DNA from: Candidatus Methylomirabilota bacterium
GTDB lineage: Bacteria; Methylomirabilota; Methylomirabilia; Rokubacteriales; CSP1-6
DNA length: 64,000 bases
Assembly: GCA_035936835.1 (NCBI GenBank)
Contig: DASYVT010000209.1
Coordinates: forward strand, 11,627-75,626
Direction of reading: 5' to 3'
Shown: in pieces, positions 9,074-21,382 of the stretch
Position numbering within the stretch: the first letter of the stretch is position 1
Layout: every line of letters begins with the position of its first letter
Notes under the pieces: generated by a model
Databases searched by the model: none
The model's input: the letters and a program-made list of their open reading frames with translations, nothing else
Told to the model about the DNA's origin: nothing
Position numbers and translations under genes: made by a program

Positions 9074-9604
9074 ATGGATGACATAGCGGTCTTGGTGCTC
9101 AACTATACGTACGAGCCGCTGCATTTCACCAGCGCCAGGCGTGCGGTGACGCTCCTGCTCGCCTGCAAAGCCGAGAGCGTCGAGTCGTCGCCGCGCGTGA
9201 TCCGCTCGCCCTCACGCGCCTTCCCGCTGCCCGCGGTGATCCGACTTGCCGCCTACATCCGCAAGCCGTTCCTCGAGCGGGTCGCGTTCAACAAAAAGAA
9301 CATCCTCCGCCGCGACGGGTACACCTGCCAGTATTGCAGCCGGCGCGGTGAGAAGCTGACCGTGGACCACGTCATGCCGCGCTCGCGGGGCGGGCAGACC
9401 ACGTGGACCAACGTCGTCGCGGCCTGTCTCCGGTGCAATCTCTTCAAGGGAAACCGGACGGTGGAGGAGGCCCGCCTGCGGCTCATCCGCGAGCCGGTGC
9501 ACCCGCAGTTCCTGTTCTCGGTGCACCTCATGCGGCACCCCCACGCCACGAGCTTCCTCGACTCGTGGCGGAAGTACCTCGTCGCGGTCCCGTCCTCCCC
9601 CTGA
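9074..9604 (+). CDS. HNH endonuclease family protein
   Basis: CQYCS...[10 protein letters not shown]...[14 protein letters not shown], a zinc-finger plus HNH catalytic motif. Confidence 0.8.
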   Translation: MDDIAVLVLNYTYEPLHFTSARRAVTLLLACKAESVESSPRVIRSPSRAFPLPAVIRLAAYIRKPFLERVAFNKKNILRRDGYTCQYCSRRGEKLTVDHVMPRSRGGQTTWTNVVAACLRCNLFKGNRTVEEARLRLIREPVHPQFLFSVHLMRHPHATSFLDSWRKYLVAVPSSP

Positions 9605-9609
9605 GCGCG

Positions 9610-11634
9610 TTGTTCAGGCTGTCCTCGGAGTTCTCGCCCGCGGGGGACCAGCCGCGCGCAATCGAGCGCCTGAGCGAGCTGCTCGCCGAGGGACGCCGGC
9701 ACAGCGTCCTCCTCGGCATCACGGGCAGCGGCAAGACCTTCACGCTCGCCAACGTCATCGCGCAGCTGGGCCGGCCGGCGCTGGTCATCTCTCCGAACAA
9801 GACGCTGGCGGCGCAGCTCTACGGCGAGTTCAAGTCATTTTTCCCCGCCGGCGCCGTCGAGTTCTTCGTCTCCTACTACGACTACTACCAGCCGGAGGCC
9901 TACATCCCGCAGTCGGACACCTACATCGAGAAGGACGCGCTGGTGAACGACGACATCGACCGCATGCGCCACTCGGCGACGACGTCGCTCTTCGAGCGGC
10001 GGGACGTCGTGGTGGTCGCCTCGGTCTCGTGCATCTACGGCATCGGCGCCCCGGAGACCTACCAGGGCATGAATGTTGGACTGGAGGTCGGGCAGGTGAT
10101 CGAGCGCGACGCGCTCATCCGGGGCCTGGTCGCCATCCAGTATGAGCGCAACGACGTCGACTTCCGCAGGGGGACGTTCCGGGTCCGCGGCGACGTCGTG
10201 GAGATCTTCCCGGCAGCCGCGGAGTCGGAGGCCCTCCGCGTCGAGTTGTGGGGAGACACGGTCGAAAAGCTATCGACCCTGGATCCGCTGCGGGGGGTGA
10301 CGACGGGTTCTGCGTCGGTCGCGAGGATCTACCCCGCGAGCCACTACGTCACGCCGGCCGACCAGCTCGAGCGCGCGGTCGCGGGCATCATGGAGGAGCT
10401 GGGCGAGCGGCTGCGGTTCCTCAAGGGGCGCAACCGGCTGCTGGAGGCCCAGCGGCTCGAGCAGCGGACGCTCTTCGACATGGAGATGCTGCGGGAGATC
10501 GGCTACTGCCACGGCATCGAAAACTACTCTCGGCATCTGTCCGGGCGCAGGCCGGGGCAGAGCCCGCCGACCCTGATGGATTACCTTCCCAAGGACGCCC
10601 TCGTCATCATCGACGAATCCCATGTGACGGTGCCGCAGATACGCGGCATGTACCCGGGGGACCGGTCGCGCAAGGAGGCGCTCGTCGAGTACGGCTTCCG
10701 GCTGCCGTCGGCCTTCGACAACCGGCCGCTCAACTTCGACGAGTTCACGGCCATGGTGCCGCAGACGCTCTACGTGTCGGCGACACCGGGGCCGTACGAG
10801 CTCGGACGGGCGGGCGGGCGCCGGGCGGGACCGGGCACGCCGTGGGAGGGCGGGGCCGTGGCCGAGCAGATCATCCGGCCGACCGGGCTCATGGATCCCA
10901 AGATTACCGTGCGCCCGGCGGGCGTCCAGGTCGACGACCTCATGGCGGAGGTGCGCGCCCACGCGGAGGGCGGCGAGCGGGTGCTCATCACGACGCTGAC
11001 GAAGCGCATGGCCGAGGACCTATGCGAGTACTACCAGCAGAACGGGCTCAGGGTGCGGTACCTGCACTCGGACATCGACACGCTGGACCGCGTGGCGGTG
11101 ATCCGCGAGCTGCGAATGGGCAAGTTCGACGCCCTGATCGGCATCAACCTCCTTCGGGAGGGGCTCGATCTGCCCGAGGTCTCGCTCGTGGCGATCCTCG
11201 ACGCCGACAAGGAGGGCTTCTTGCGCTCGGCGACTTCGCTCATCCAGACTGCCGGCAGGGCGGCCCGCCACGTCAACGGCGAGGTGATCATGTACGCGGA
11301 CACGGTGACGGGCTCGATGCGGGAGGCGATCGCCGAGACGGAGAGGCGGAGGGTAGTCCAGGAGGTGTACAACAAGGAGCACGGCATCACGCCTGAGTCC
11401 GTCACGCGCGGAATGAAGGATCTCCTCGACAGCGTGCCGGAGCGCGACTACTACACGGTCGAGGTGCCCAAGGAGACCGAGCCCGTGTGGGAGAGTCCTG
11501 CGGCGCTCCGGGCGCACGTGGCCGAGCTCGAAGGGGCCATGAAGGAGGCCGCTCGGCGCCTCGACTTCGAGCGCGCCGCGGAGCTGCGCGACCGGATCAA
11601 GGCGCTCCGGAAGGCCGAGTTGGGCGTGCGCTGA
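9610..11634 (+). CDS. uvrB: excinuclease ABC subunit B
   Basis: Full-length similarity to UvrB ([21 protein letters not shown]-terminal UVR coiled coil). The start is TTG at 9610 or CTG at 9601, which would give [17 protein letters not shown] matching E. coli MSKPFKLNSAFKPSGDQ. The CTG at 9601 shares 2 nt with the HNH stop codon (9602-9604). Confidence 0.9.
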   Translation: MFRLSSEFSPAGDQPRAIERLSELLAEGRRHSVLLGITGSGKTFTLANVIAQLGRPALVISPNKTLAAQLYGEFKSFFPAGAVEFFVSYYDYYQPEAYIPQSDTYIEKDALVNDDIDRMRHSATTSLFERRDVVVVASVSCIYGIGAPETYQGMNVGLEVGQVIERDALIRGLVAIQYERNDVDFRRGTFRVRGDVVEIFPAAAESEALRVELWGDTVEKLSTLDPLRGVTTGSASVARIYPASHYVTPADQLERAVAGIMEELGERLRFLKGRNRLLEAQRLEQRTLFDMEMLREIGYCHGIENYSRHLSGRRPGQSPPTLMDYLPKDALVIIDESHVTVPQIRGMYPGDRSRKEALVEYGFRLPSAFDNRPLNFDEFTAMVPQTLYVSATPGPYELGRAGGRRAGPGTPWEGGAVAEQIIRPTGLMDPKITVRPAGVQVDDLMAEVRAHAEGGERVLITTLTKRMAEDLCEYYQQNGLRVRYLHSDIDTLDRVAVIRELRMGKFDALIGINLLREGLDLPEVSLVAILDADKEGFLRSATSLIQTAGRAARHVNGEVIMYADTVTGSMREAIAETERRRVVQEVYNKEHGITPESVTRGMKDLLDSVPERDYYTVEVPKETEPVWESPAALRAHVAELEGAMKEAARRLDFERAAELRDRIKALRKAELGVR

Positions 11635-11651
11635 GGGGCGCCCCACCCGCC

Positions 11652-11864
11652 ATGCTCGTCAAGTGGACCCTGGTGTTCTTCGTGGCCCTCTCACTGGGCC
11701 TCGTTGTGCTATCGAAGGTCATTGCGTTCTTCAACCCGCCGCGCGCGGGACGCCCGCGTGCGCCCGTGCTGCGCCGGATCGATCGTATGCTGCGGTGGAC
11801 CGTCCTCGTCCCCGCGGTCCTCGGGCTCGTCGTCCTCGCGGTGACGCTGTGGCTGGCCGCGTAG
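11652..11864 (+). CDS. hypothetical small 2-TM membrane protein (70 aa)
   Basis: ORF between uvrB and uvrC. Its 3' end overlaps the GTG start of uvrC. Confidence 0.3.
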   Translation: MLVKWTLVFFVALSLGLVVLSKVIAFFNPPRAGRPRAPVLRRIDRMLRWTVLVPAVLGLVVLAVTLWLAA

Positions 11865-13705
11865 CGGCGGCCGACTTCGCGGCCAAGCTCGCCCAGCTGC
11901 CCGACCGGCCGGGCGTCTACCTCTACAAGGACGGCAAAGGGCAGATCGTCTACGTCGGCAAGGCCGCCTCGCTCCGAAGTCGCGTACGCTCCTACTTCCA
12001 GGCGTCGCGGGCGCGCGATGCGAAGACGGACGCGCTCGTCGGGCAGATCCGCGATCTCGAGTGCATCGTCACGGGCAACGAGCTCGAGGCGCTCATCCTG
12101 GAGTCCAATCTCGTCAAGAGGCACCGGCCGCGCTACAACATCATCCTCCGTGACGACAAGCACTACCCCTTCCTCAAGCTGACCACCAACGAAGAGTACC
12201 CGCGCCTCGTCGTCGCGCGGCGGGTGCAGCGGGACGGAGCGGCCTACTTCGGGCCCTTCTACCCGGCGACCGCGATGCGGGAGACGCTGAGACTCGTGCG
12301 CCAGCTCTTCCCGCTCCGGACCTGCAGGATCAAGATAGACGGCAAGAAGTCGCGCCCGTGCCTGCAGTACTACATCCACCGCTGCAACGCGCCGTGCACC
12401 AGCCTGGAGACCAAGGAGGGCTACGACCGCACCGTGCGCGAGGTCGAGCGCTTCCTGGCGGGGAAGAACGACGGCCTGGCGCAGGAGCTGACGGCGCAGA
12501 TGGAAGCCGCGGCGGGGGAGGAAAAGTTCGAGCAGGCGGCGCGGCTGCGCGACCGTGTCCAGGCGCTCAACACGGTTCGCGAGCGGCAGAAGATCATCTC
12601 GACCGAGGACAGCGACCAGGACATCGTGGGTGTCGTCCGCCAGGGGCAGGACGCCTGCGTCCAGCTCTTCTTCGTGCGGCGCGGCAGGCTGCTCGGGCGC
12701 GAGTCCTTCTTCTTCGACCGGCTGTCGGGGTCGAGCGAGGGAGAGGTCCTCTCGGCCTTCCTGCGCCAGTTCTACGCGCGCGAGGTCGTGCCGCCGCCGG
12801 AGATCCTCCTCTCGGTGGACGTGCCCGAGGCCGAGCTGACCGGCGAGTGGCTGGCCGGGCGCCGCGGCGGCCGCGTGGAGCTCCTGGCGCCCCAGCGCGG
12901 GAGAAAGCGCGAGCTCGTGGCGATGGCGGAGGAGAACGGCGCGCTGGCGCTCCAGAGCCATCTCCTCTCGCGGGGCAACCGGACGCAGGCGGTGCTGGAC
13001 GAGCTCCAGCGCGCGCTCGGCCTGCCGGAGCCGCCCCACCGCATCGAGGCCTTCGACGTCTCGACCTTCCAGGGCGGGGAGACCGTCGCCTCCATGGTGG
13101 TCTGGCAGGACGGGGACATGAAGAAGGACGACTACAAGCGCTACCGGATCCGGACGGTTACGGGGACCGACGATTTCGCCGCCATGCACGAGGCCGTGAG
13201 CCGGCGCTACGGGCGAGTCCTCGAGACTGATGGTGTCCTCCCCGACCTGATCCTGCTGGATGGCGGGCGGGGCCAGCTGGCAGCGGGGCTGAAGGCGCTG
13301 GAGGCCATCGGTCTCGACTACGTGCCCATGGTGTCGCTGGCCAAGCGGGCGGAGGAGGTCTACACGCCGGACCGGCTCGAGCCGCTCGTGCTGGACCTGA
13401 CATCCCCCGCGCTCCACGCGCTCCAGAGGGTGCGCGACGAGGCCCACCGCTTCGCCGTGACCTACCACAAGAAGCTCCGCACCCGCCGGACCATCAGTTC
13501 GGTGCTGGATCAGATCCCCGGCGTGGGACCCGCGCTCAGGACCAGTCTGCTCAAGACCCTGGGTTCGGCCCGGGCGGTGCGCGGGGCCTCGGTTGCCCAG
13601 CTGGCGGCCGTGCCCAAGGTACGGCCGAAGCTCGCCCAGCGCATCCACGACTTCTTCCACCCGGCGCCTGCAGGGGAGGAACCATCCGGGGCCGAACCGG
13701 GTTAG
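11849..13705 (+). CDS. uvrC: excinuclease ABC subunit C
   Basis: GIY-YIG N-terminus (PGVYLYKDGKGQIVYVGKA), UVR domain, RNase H-like and HhH domains. GTG start at 11849. Confidence 0.9.
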   Translation: MAGRVAAADFAAKLAQLPDRPGVYLYKDGKGQIVYVGKAASLRSRVRSYFQASRARDAKTDALVGQIRDLECIVTGNELEALILESNLVKRHRPRYNIILRDDKHYPFLKLTTNEEYPRLVVARRVQRDGAAYFGPFYPATAMRETLRLVRQLFPLRTCRIKIDGKKSRPCLQYYIHRCNAPCTSLETKEGYDRTVREVERFLAGKNDGLAQELTAQMEAAAGEEKFEQAARLRDRVQALNTVRERQKIISTEDSDQDIVGVVRQGQDACVQLFFVRRGRLLGRESFFFDRLSGSSEGEVLSAFLRQFYAREVVPPPEILLSVDVPEAELTGEWLAGRRGGRVELLAPQRGRKRELVAMAEENGALALQSHLLSRGNRTQAVLDELQRALGLPEPPHRIEAFDVSTFQGGETVASMVVWQDGDMKKDDYKRYRIRTVTGTDDFAAMHEAVSRRYGRVLETDGVLPDLILLDGGRGQLAAGLKALEAIGLDYVPMVSLAKRAEEVYTPDRLEPLVLDLTSPALHALQRVRDEAHRFAVTYHKKLRTRRTISSVLDQIPGVGPALRTSLLKTLGSARAVRGASVAQLAAVPKVRPKLAQRIHDFFHPAPAGEEPSGAEPG

Positions 13706-13738
13706 ACTATGCGACATCTCACGAAGGGGGGTGAATAC

Positions 13739-13990
13739 ATGAAGAAGATTCTGATAGCTCTGGCCCTGGTGTTGGCGACCGCCGGCGCGGCGTTCGCGAA
13801 CCAGTGCCCACTGCTGGTCAAGCAGATCGAGGACGCGACCGCCGGAAAGACCGACGACGCGTCCAAGAAGGCGGTGGCCATGGCCGCCGAGGCCAAGGCG
13901 CTGCACGCCGCCGGCAAGCACGCCGAGTCGGTGCAGAAGGCCAAGGATGCCGCTGCGGAAATCAAGCTGGAGCTGAAAATGAAGCAGTAG
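13739..13990 (+). CDS. small Ala/Lys-rich secreted protein (83 aa, signal peptide)
   Basis: GGGGGTG RBS, MKKILIALALVLATAGAAFA signal peptide. No known domain. Confidence 0.5.
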   Translation: MKKILIALALVLATAGAAFANQCPLLVKQIEDATAGKTDDASKKAVAMAAEAKALHAAGKHAESVQKAKDAAAEIKLELKMKQ

Positions 13991-13996
13991 GGTCTC

Positions 13997-14038
13997 GACC
14001 CCCGGGGGCTGACCGCCCGCCCCCGGGGACCTTTCTTG
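13997..14038 (+). terminator. putative intrinsic terminator: two copies of the self-complementary CCCCCGGGG(G) separated by an 11-nt loop, followed by a T-rich stretch
   Basis: Hairpin plus a T-rich stretch (accTTTCTTg) directly after the small ORF and before leuS. Confidence 0.4.
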
Positions 14039-14075
14039 CGTCCCGCCTGCTAAGTGTGGGAAAATCAGCGCGAAT

Positions 14076-16570
<2,495 letters not shown>

Positions 16571-16574
<4 letters not shown>

Positions 16575-17092
16575 GCCGGCGCCGCGCGATTCGCGCTCTG
16601 CTGTCTGCCGCGCTCCTGCTCGCCGCGGCCGCGGGGGGGTGTGGCTACTCGCTCAGGGGCAACCTGCCCGACCACCTCAAGACGGTGTCGGTGCCGGTGT
16701 TCAGGAACCGGACGACCGAGGCTGGGGCGGAGAGCACGATCACCTCGGCCGTGGTCAACGCGTTCACGAGCAGCGGCAGACTAAAGGTAGTTTCGCTCGA
16801 CGACGCGGACTCGGTCCTCGACGGGGAGATTACGGGCTACCAGGTCCAGTCGCTCACGTATGACAGCAGGCTCAACCTCCGGTCCTACCGCCTGACGGTG
16901 ACGCTGAACGTCCGCTTCCGCGACCTTCGCCGCACCGAGATGCTCTGGCAGCAGAACGGCCTCGTCGAGGAGGTCTCCTTCGACGTTGCCGGCCAGGTCT
17001 CGGACACGATCAGCCGCGAAGAGGGAGCCGTGAAGCAGGCGGCTCTTGAGATCGGCCGGAAGATCGTCGGTCACGCGGTCGACCGTTTCTAG
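16571..17092 (+). CDS. lptE: LPS-assembly lipoprotein LptE (RlpB)
   Basis: Lipobox (LAAAAGGC) and the conserved position between leuS and holA. Confidence 0.7.
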
Positions 17093-17976
17093 TGCAGTAC
17101 GCGGCCTGGCTCCAAGGGCTGACACGGGGGCAGGCGGCGCCCGTCGTGCTGCTCCACGGACCGGAGCCCTTCCTCATCGAAGAAGCTCTGGCCACGCTGA
17201 CTCGCGCCGTCTGTCCTGATCCCGGGCTCTTGGTCATGTCCCGCGAGGTGCTCGAGGCTCGCGAGGCGGGGGCCGAGGGCATCGTGCGGGCTGCGGAGAC
17301 GCTGCCGTGGGGAACGCCACGGCGGCTGGTCGTAGCTCGCGGCGTCGAGGGGCTCGGCCCGACGCAGGCCGAGCCGCTGGTCGAGTACCTGCGCGCCCCG
17401 AACCCGAGCACGGTCCTGGCCGTGACGGTGCCTCAACCGCTCGCGGGGTCCCACTGGCTCCTGAAGGCGGTGCCCGCCGGGGGAGCCGTCGAGATCCCCC
17501 AGCTCACCGGGCGCGCGCTCGCGGGCTGGCTGCGCGCCCGCGCCTCCGCCGACGGTTTAGAGCTCGAGGAGGAGGCGGCTCTGCTGCTCATCACCCTCGT
17601 TGGCGACGATCCTGCCGCCTTGGCCGGCGAAGCCGTGAAAGCCGCTCTCGCGGGCGGGCCCGAGAACCGGCGCGTCGGAGCGGTCGAGGTGCGCGCGGTG
17701 GTGGGCGAGCACCGCTCGCACGAAGTCTTCGAGCTGACGCGGGCCGTGGAGCGGCGGGACGCCGCCGCAGCGTTGTCTCTGCTCGAGCGCCTGCTGGGGG
17801 CCGGTGAGGAGCCGCTGCGCCTCCTCGCCATCCTTGCGGCGCAGGCGCGGCGAGCGACGCTGCTGGCGGCGGCGAGGCGCCTCGAGCGCTGCTGGCAGGC
17901 CGAGCGCCGGCTCAAGCTGGGCGGCGCGCCGCGTCCGGAGCTGGCGATTCTCGTCGCTGACCTGTGCGAGGCGTGA
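17092..17976 (+). CDS. holA: DNA polymerase III delta subunit
   Basis: Synteny (leuS-lptE-holA) and an N-terminal clamp-loader delta-like region. GTG start overlaps the lptE stop. Confidence 0.7.
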   Translation: MQYAAWLQGLTRGQAAPVVLLHGPEPFLIEEALATLTRAVCPDPGLLVMSREVLEAREAGAEGIVRAAETLPWGTPRRLVVARGVEGLGPTQAEPLVEYLRAPNPSTVLAVTVPQPLAGSHWLLKAVPAGGAVEIPQLTGRALAGWLRARASADGLELEEEAALLLITLVGDDPAALAGEAVKAALAGGPENRRVGAVEVRAVVGEHRSHEVFELTRAVERRDAAAALSLLERLLGAGEEPLRLLAILAAQARRATLLAAARRLERCWQAERRLKLGGAPRPELAILVADLCEA

Positions 17977-19301
17977 GCTCGGACGCCCTCGCGTGGGCGC
18001 TCGCCACCGTGGGGGTGCTGTCGCTTCACGCCGCCGCCGCAGTTCCGGCCGCGGCTTCATCTCTTACCGCCGGGGCCGCTTCTCTCGAAGTCCAGCTGCC
18101 GGCCGGAACGCCGCTCGCCGGCTACGGCGGTTTCCCGCGGCGCGCGTGGATCCCCGATTTCCTCGGGCGGTTCCCCAATACGTTCTGGTTCAACCGGTCC
18201 AGCGGCGTCCACGATCCGCTCCGCGTGCGTGCGCTGGCATTTGAGTCCGGCGGCCTCAGAGTTGTCTGGCTCTCCGTGGACCTGGTCGCCGTCGACCCGA
18301 CCATGGTCGCGGAAGTGCGCGCGCGTCTCGCGGACCGGGGCGGCGAGCCGCCGATCCTCATCGTCTCGGCGTCGCACACGCACTCGGGACCAGGCGCCTA
18401 CGCGGATTCGGCTTTCTGGGCTCTCGTCGCCGCCGATCGGGAATCCCCGGCGGTGCGGAAGGCCATTCTCGACGCCATGGAGAAGGCGGCGCGGGAGGCT
18501 CTACGGCGACGGGCTCCGGCGCTCTTGGCGTGGGGGAAGACCACGGTGACGGGCGTGGCCATGAGCCGCCTCGACCAGCCGCTCGATCCGGAACTCGGCC
18601 TCCTCAAGGTAATGGGCGCCGACGGCCGTCCGGTCGCCCTCGTATGGAACTACGCGGTCCACGGCACCGCGCTAGGCCGCGCGAACTCGCTCCTCTCGGG
18701 CGACCTTATGGCGGACGCATCGGCGAGACTCGAGAGGGAGACGGGGGCGCCGGTGCTCTTCGTCAACGGCGCGGCGGGAGATGTCAGCCCGAGGCAGCGG
18801 GGCTGGCCGGGCGTGGAAAGCGCCGGCGCGGCACTGGCCTCGGCCGCGCTGGCCGCGTGGCGAACACTGCCGCCCGGTCGCGACCTGACCCTCCACGCTG
18901 TCCGGAGCCAGGTGTCGCTGCCCGGCCCCGCACTCTCGGTGCGCAACTGCACAGGCCGCTGGGTGCCGGCGGCGCTCCTGCTCGGGCTTGACTGGACTCT
19001 GCCGTCGTCAGCCGGTCTCACGGCTGTGCGCATCGGGGGCACGGCGTGGGTGACGGTCCCCGGCGAGCTCCAGACGCGGCTCGGTCTCGACATCAAGACT
19101 GCCGGACGGCGGACCTTCGAGGAAACTTTCGTCGCCGGGTACAGCAACGACTATCTCGGGTATTTCCTCACGCGCCGGGATTACGCCCAGCCGAGCTACG
19201 TCGCCTGCGGCAGTCTATACGGCGAGAACGGCGGGGAGACCCTGCGGGACTCTGCGATTGAACTGCTCGACCGTTTGGCGAAGCAGGGGCCCCGCGGCTG
19301 A
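17964..19301 (+). CDS. secreted neutral/alkaline ceramidase-like hydrolase (N-terminal catalytic domain only)
   Basis: Signal peptide. SASHTHSGPG matches the neutral-ceramidase active-site block ATHTHSGPGG. 445 aa, against about 650 aa for full-length enzymes. Confidence 0.55.
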   Translation: MRGVSSDALAWALATVGVLSLHAAAAVPAAASSLTAGAASLEVQLPAGTPLAGYGGFPRRAWIPDFLGRFPNTFWFNRSSGVHDPLRVRALAFESGGLRVVWLSVDLVAVDPTMVAEVRARLADRGGEPPILIVSASHTHSGPGAYADSAFWALVAADRESPAVRKAILDAMEKAAREALRRRAPALLAWGKTTVTGVAMSRLDQPLDPELGLLKVMGADGRPVALVWNYAVHGTALGRANSLLSGDLMADASARLERETGAPVLFVNGAAGDVSPRQRGWPGVESAGAALASAALAAWRTLPPGRDLTLHAVRSQVSLPGPALSVRNCTGRWVPAALLLGLDWTLPSSAGLTAVRIGGTAWVTVPGELQTRLGLDIKTAGRRTFEETFVAGYSNDYLGYFLTRRDYAQPSYVACGSLYGENGGETLRDSAIELLDRLAKQGPRG

Positions 19302-19309
19302 TGGGGGGG

Positions 19310-19564
19310 CTAACTCGCGACCGAGCGGGCCAGGGCCGACTTCTTGCGGGCGGCGGTGTTGCGGTGGATGATGCCGCGGCTCACGGCCCGGTCGAGGATG
19401 CGGATGGCCTCGAGCACGGCCTCTTTCGCCTGCGGGGTCTTCTCGGTCACCGCCGCGCGCGCCGTCTTCACGGACGAGCGGATGGTGCTGCGCACCGCGC
19501 GGTTGCGCAGGCGTCGCTTCAGGTTCTGCTTGATCCGCTTTTTGGCGGAGCGGGTGTTGGCCAC
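19310..19564 (-). CDS. rpsT: 30S ribosomal protein S20
   Basis: MANTRSAKKRIKQNLKRR..., basic, 84 aa. Confidence 0.95.
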   Translation of the reverse strand: MANTRSAKKRIKQNLKRRLRNRAVRSTIRSSVKTARAAVTEKTPQAKEAVLEAIRILDRAVSRGIIHRNTAARKKSALARSVAS

Positions 19565-19656
19565 GGCGAACTTCCTCCCTTGGCAAAAACGCGCATGAAA
19601 CGCGTGACGGCGTCCTGAATGCCTTGCGCGTTGAACGACAGTAGACGGTACCGTCC

Positions 19657-21273
19657 ATGTCCGCGACTGTCAAGGGCAATGTCGCCGTGAGCGAAGCCCA
19701 GCGGGCGGTGCAGCACAGGGTTGTGCGGGCCGTGGGCGTCATCGGGGCCGCCACCCTCGGAAGCCGCGTGCTCGGCTTCGTGCGCGACATGGTCATGGCG
19801 CGGGCCTTCGGCGCGGGGCCGGTGACCGACGCCTTCTTCGTGGCCTTCCGCATCCCCAACCTGCTCCGCCGGCTTCTGGCCGAGGGGGCGCTGTCCACCG
19901 CCATCATCCCCGTCTTCACGGAATACCTGGAACGGGCCGGCCGAGCAGAGTTCGGCCGCATGGTCCGAGCGGTCACGGGTGTCGCCATGGTAGTCCTGTG
20001 CGTTGTCTCGGGCCTCGGCATGCTGCTCGCGCCGTGGATCGTACGGGTGATGACGCCGGGCTGGGCCGACGATCCCGAGCTGATCGGGCTGGCCGGGAGG
20101 CTGACGAGCCTGATGTTCCCGTACCTCCTGCTCGTGGGGCTTGCCGCACTGGCGATGGGAGCGCTCAATGCTCAGCACCGCTTCTTCACCGCGGCCTTCG
20201 GCCCGGCGGTGCTCAACGTCGCGATGATCCTCTCGGTGCTCGTCCTGGCGGGCAGGATGTCGCCGCCGGTCTTCGCCCTGGCAGTGGGTGTCCTCGTCGG
20301 CGGCGCTGGCCAGCTGCTCGTCCAGCTGCCTGAGCTGGCGCGGCTGGGAGTCCCGCTCCGTCCCTCGGTCGAGTGGTCGCATCCCGCCGTCAGGTTGATT
20401 GCCGGCAGGCTCTGGCCCGCGGTCTTCGCGCTGGCTGCGGTCCAGGTGACGGTGCTCGTGAACACGCTCCTGGCCTCGTTGCTGCCCGAGGGCACCGTGT
20501 CCTATCTCTATTACGCCGACCGCGTGATGGAATTCCCCCTCGGAGTATTCGGCGTCGCCCTTGCGACGGCGGCCCTGCCCAGCATGTCGGGCCAGGCCAC
20601 GCGGGGAGAGCATCGCGCGCTGACCGACATGCTCGGCTTCTCGCTCCGGCTTTCGGTATTCGTCGCGCTGCCCGCGGCTGTCGGCCTGATCGCGCTCGGC
20701 CATCCGATCGTCAGGCTGCTCTTCGAGCGCGGTGAGTTCACGCCTTCTGACGCGGTCGCGACGACCCAGGCCCTGGCTGGCTACGCGGTCGGCCTGCCCG
20801 CGTTCTCCGCCACGCGGATCGCTGCGCAGACCTTTTATGCGCTGGGCGACACGCGGACGCCCGTCTGGGCCGGGCTCGCATCCGTCGCCGCCAACGTCGT
20901 CCTTGCGCTCGTCCTCATGTGGCCGCTCCAGCACGCGGGGCTCGCGCTGGCTACCTCGCTGTCGGCCTACGTCAACCTGCTGCTGCTCTGCTGGCTCCTG
21001 CGCCGGCGGCTCGGGCCGATCGGGGGCCGGCAGATGGCGGGTTCGCTGCTGCGCACGGGCGGCGCGTCGGCCGCGCTCCTCCTCTGGTGCGTCTGGGCCG
21101 GCGCGCGGCTGGGCGCGGGGTGGGCCGGCGCCGCGTGGACGGCGGGCGCGCTTGCCGCGGGTATGCTCGTCTACCTGCTTGCGGCCGCGGCGCTCCGGGC
21201 GCCTGAGCTCGGCGTTCTCTACGGCATGCTGCGGCGGCGCGGGCAAACCTTGCCGGGGGCGGGGAGCGGGTGA
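19657..21273 (+). CDS. murJ: lipid II flippase MurJ (MviN)
   Basis: SRVLGFVRDMVMARAFGAG...DAFFVAFRIPNLLRRL, 14 TM helices. Confidence 0.9.
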   Translation: MSATVKGNVAVSEAQRAVQHRVVRAVGVIGAATLGSRVLGFVRDMVMARAFGAGPVTDAFFVAFRIPNLLRRLLAEGALSTAIIPVFTEYLERAGRAEFGRMVRAVTGVAMVVLCVVSGLGMLLAPWIVRVMTPGWADDPELIGLAGRLTSLMFPYLLLVGLAALAMGALNAQHRFFTAAFGPAVLNVAMILSVLVLAGRMSPPVFALAVGVLVGGAGQLLVQLPELARLGVPLRPSVEWSHPAVRLIAGRLWPAVFALAAVQVTVLVNTLLASLLPEGTVSYLYYADRVMEFPLGVFGVALATAALPSMSGQATRGEHRALTDMLGFSLRLSVFVALPAAVGLIALGHPIVRLLFERGEFTPSDAVATTQALAGYAVGLPAFSATRIAAQTFYALGDTRTPVWAGLASVAANVVLALVLMWPLQHAGLALATSLSAYVNLLLLCWLLRRRLGPIGGRQMAGSLLRTGGASAALLLWCVWAGARLGAGWAGAAWTAGALAAGMLVYLLAAAALRAPELGVLYGMLRRRGQTLPGAGSG

Positions 21274-21382
21274 TAGACTTCGTCATGCTTTTGCGGTGGG
21301 TCGGGTTCGCCCCGGTCACGGCCTCGGCAGTACGGAAGGGCCGGTACCGGGGCGTCGCTGTGTCCGGGCCCCGGAGAGCCTG

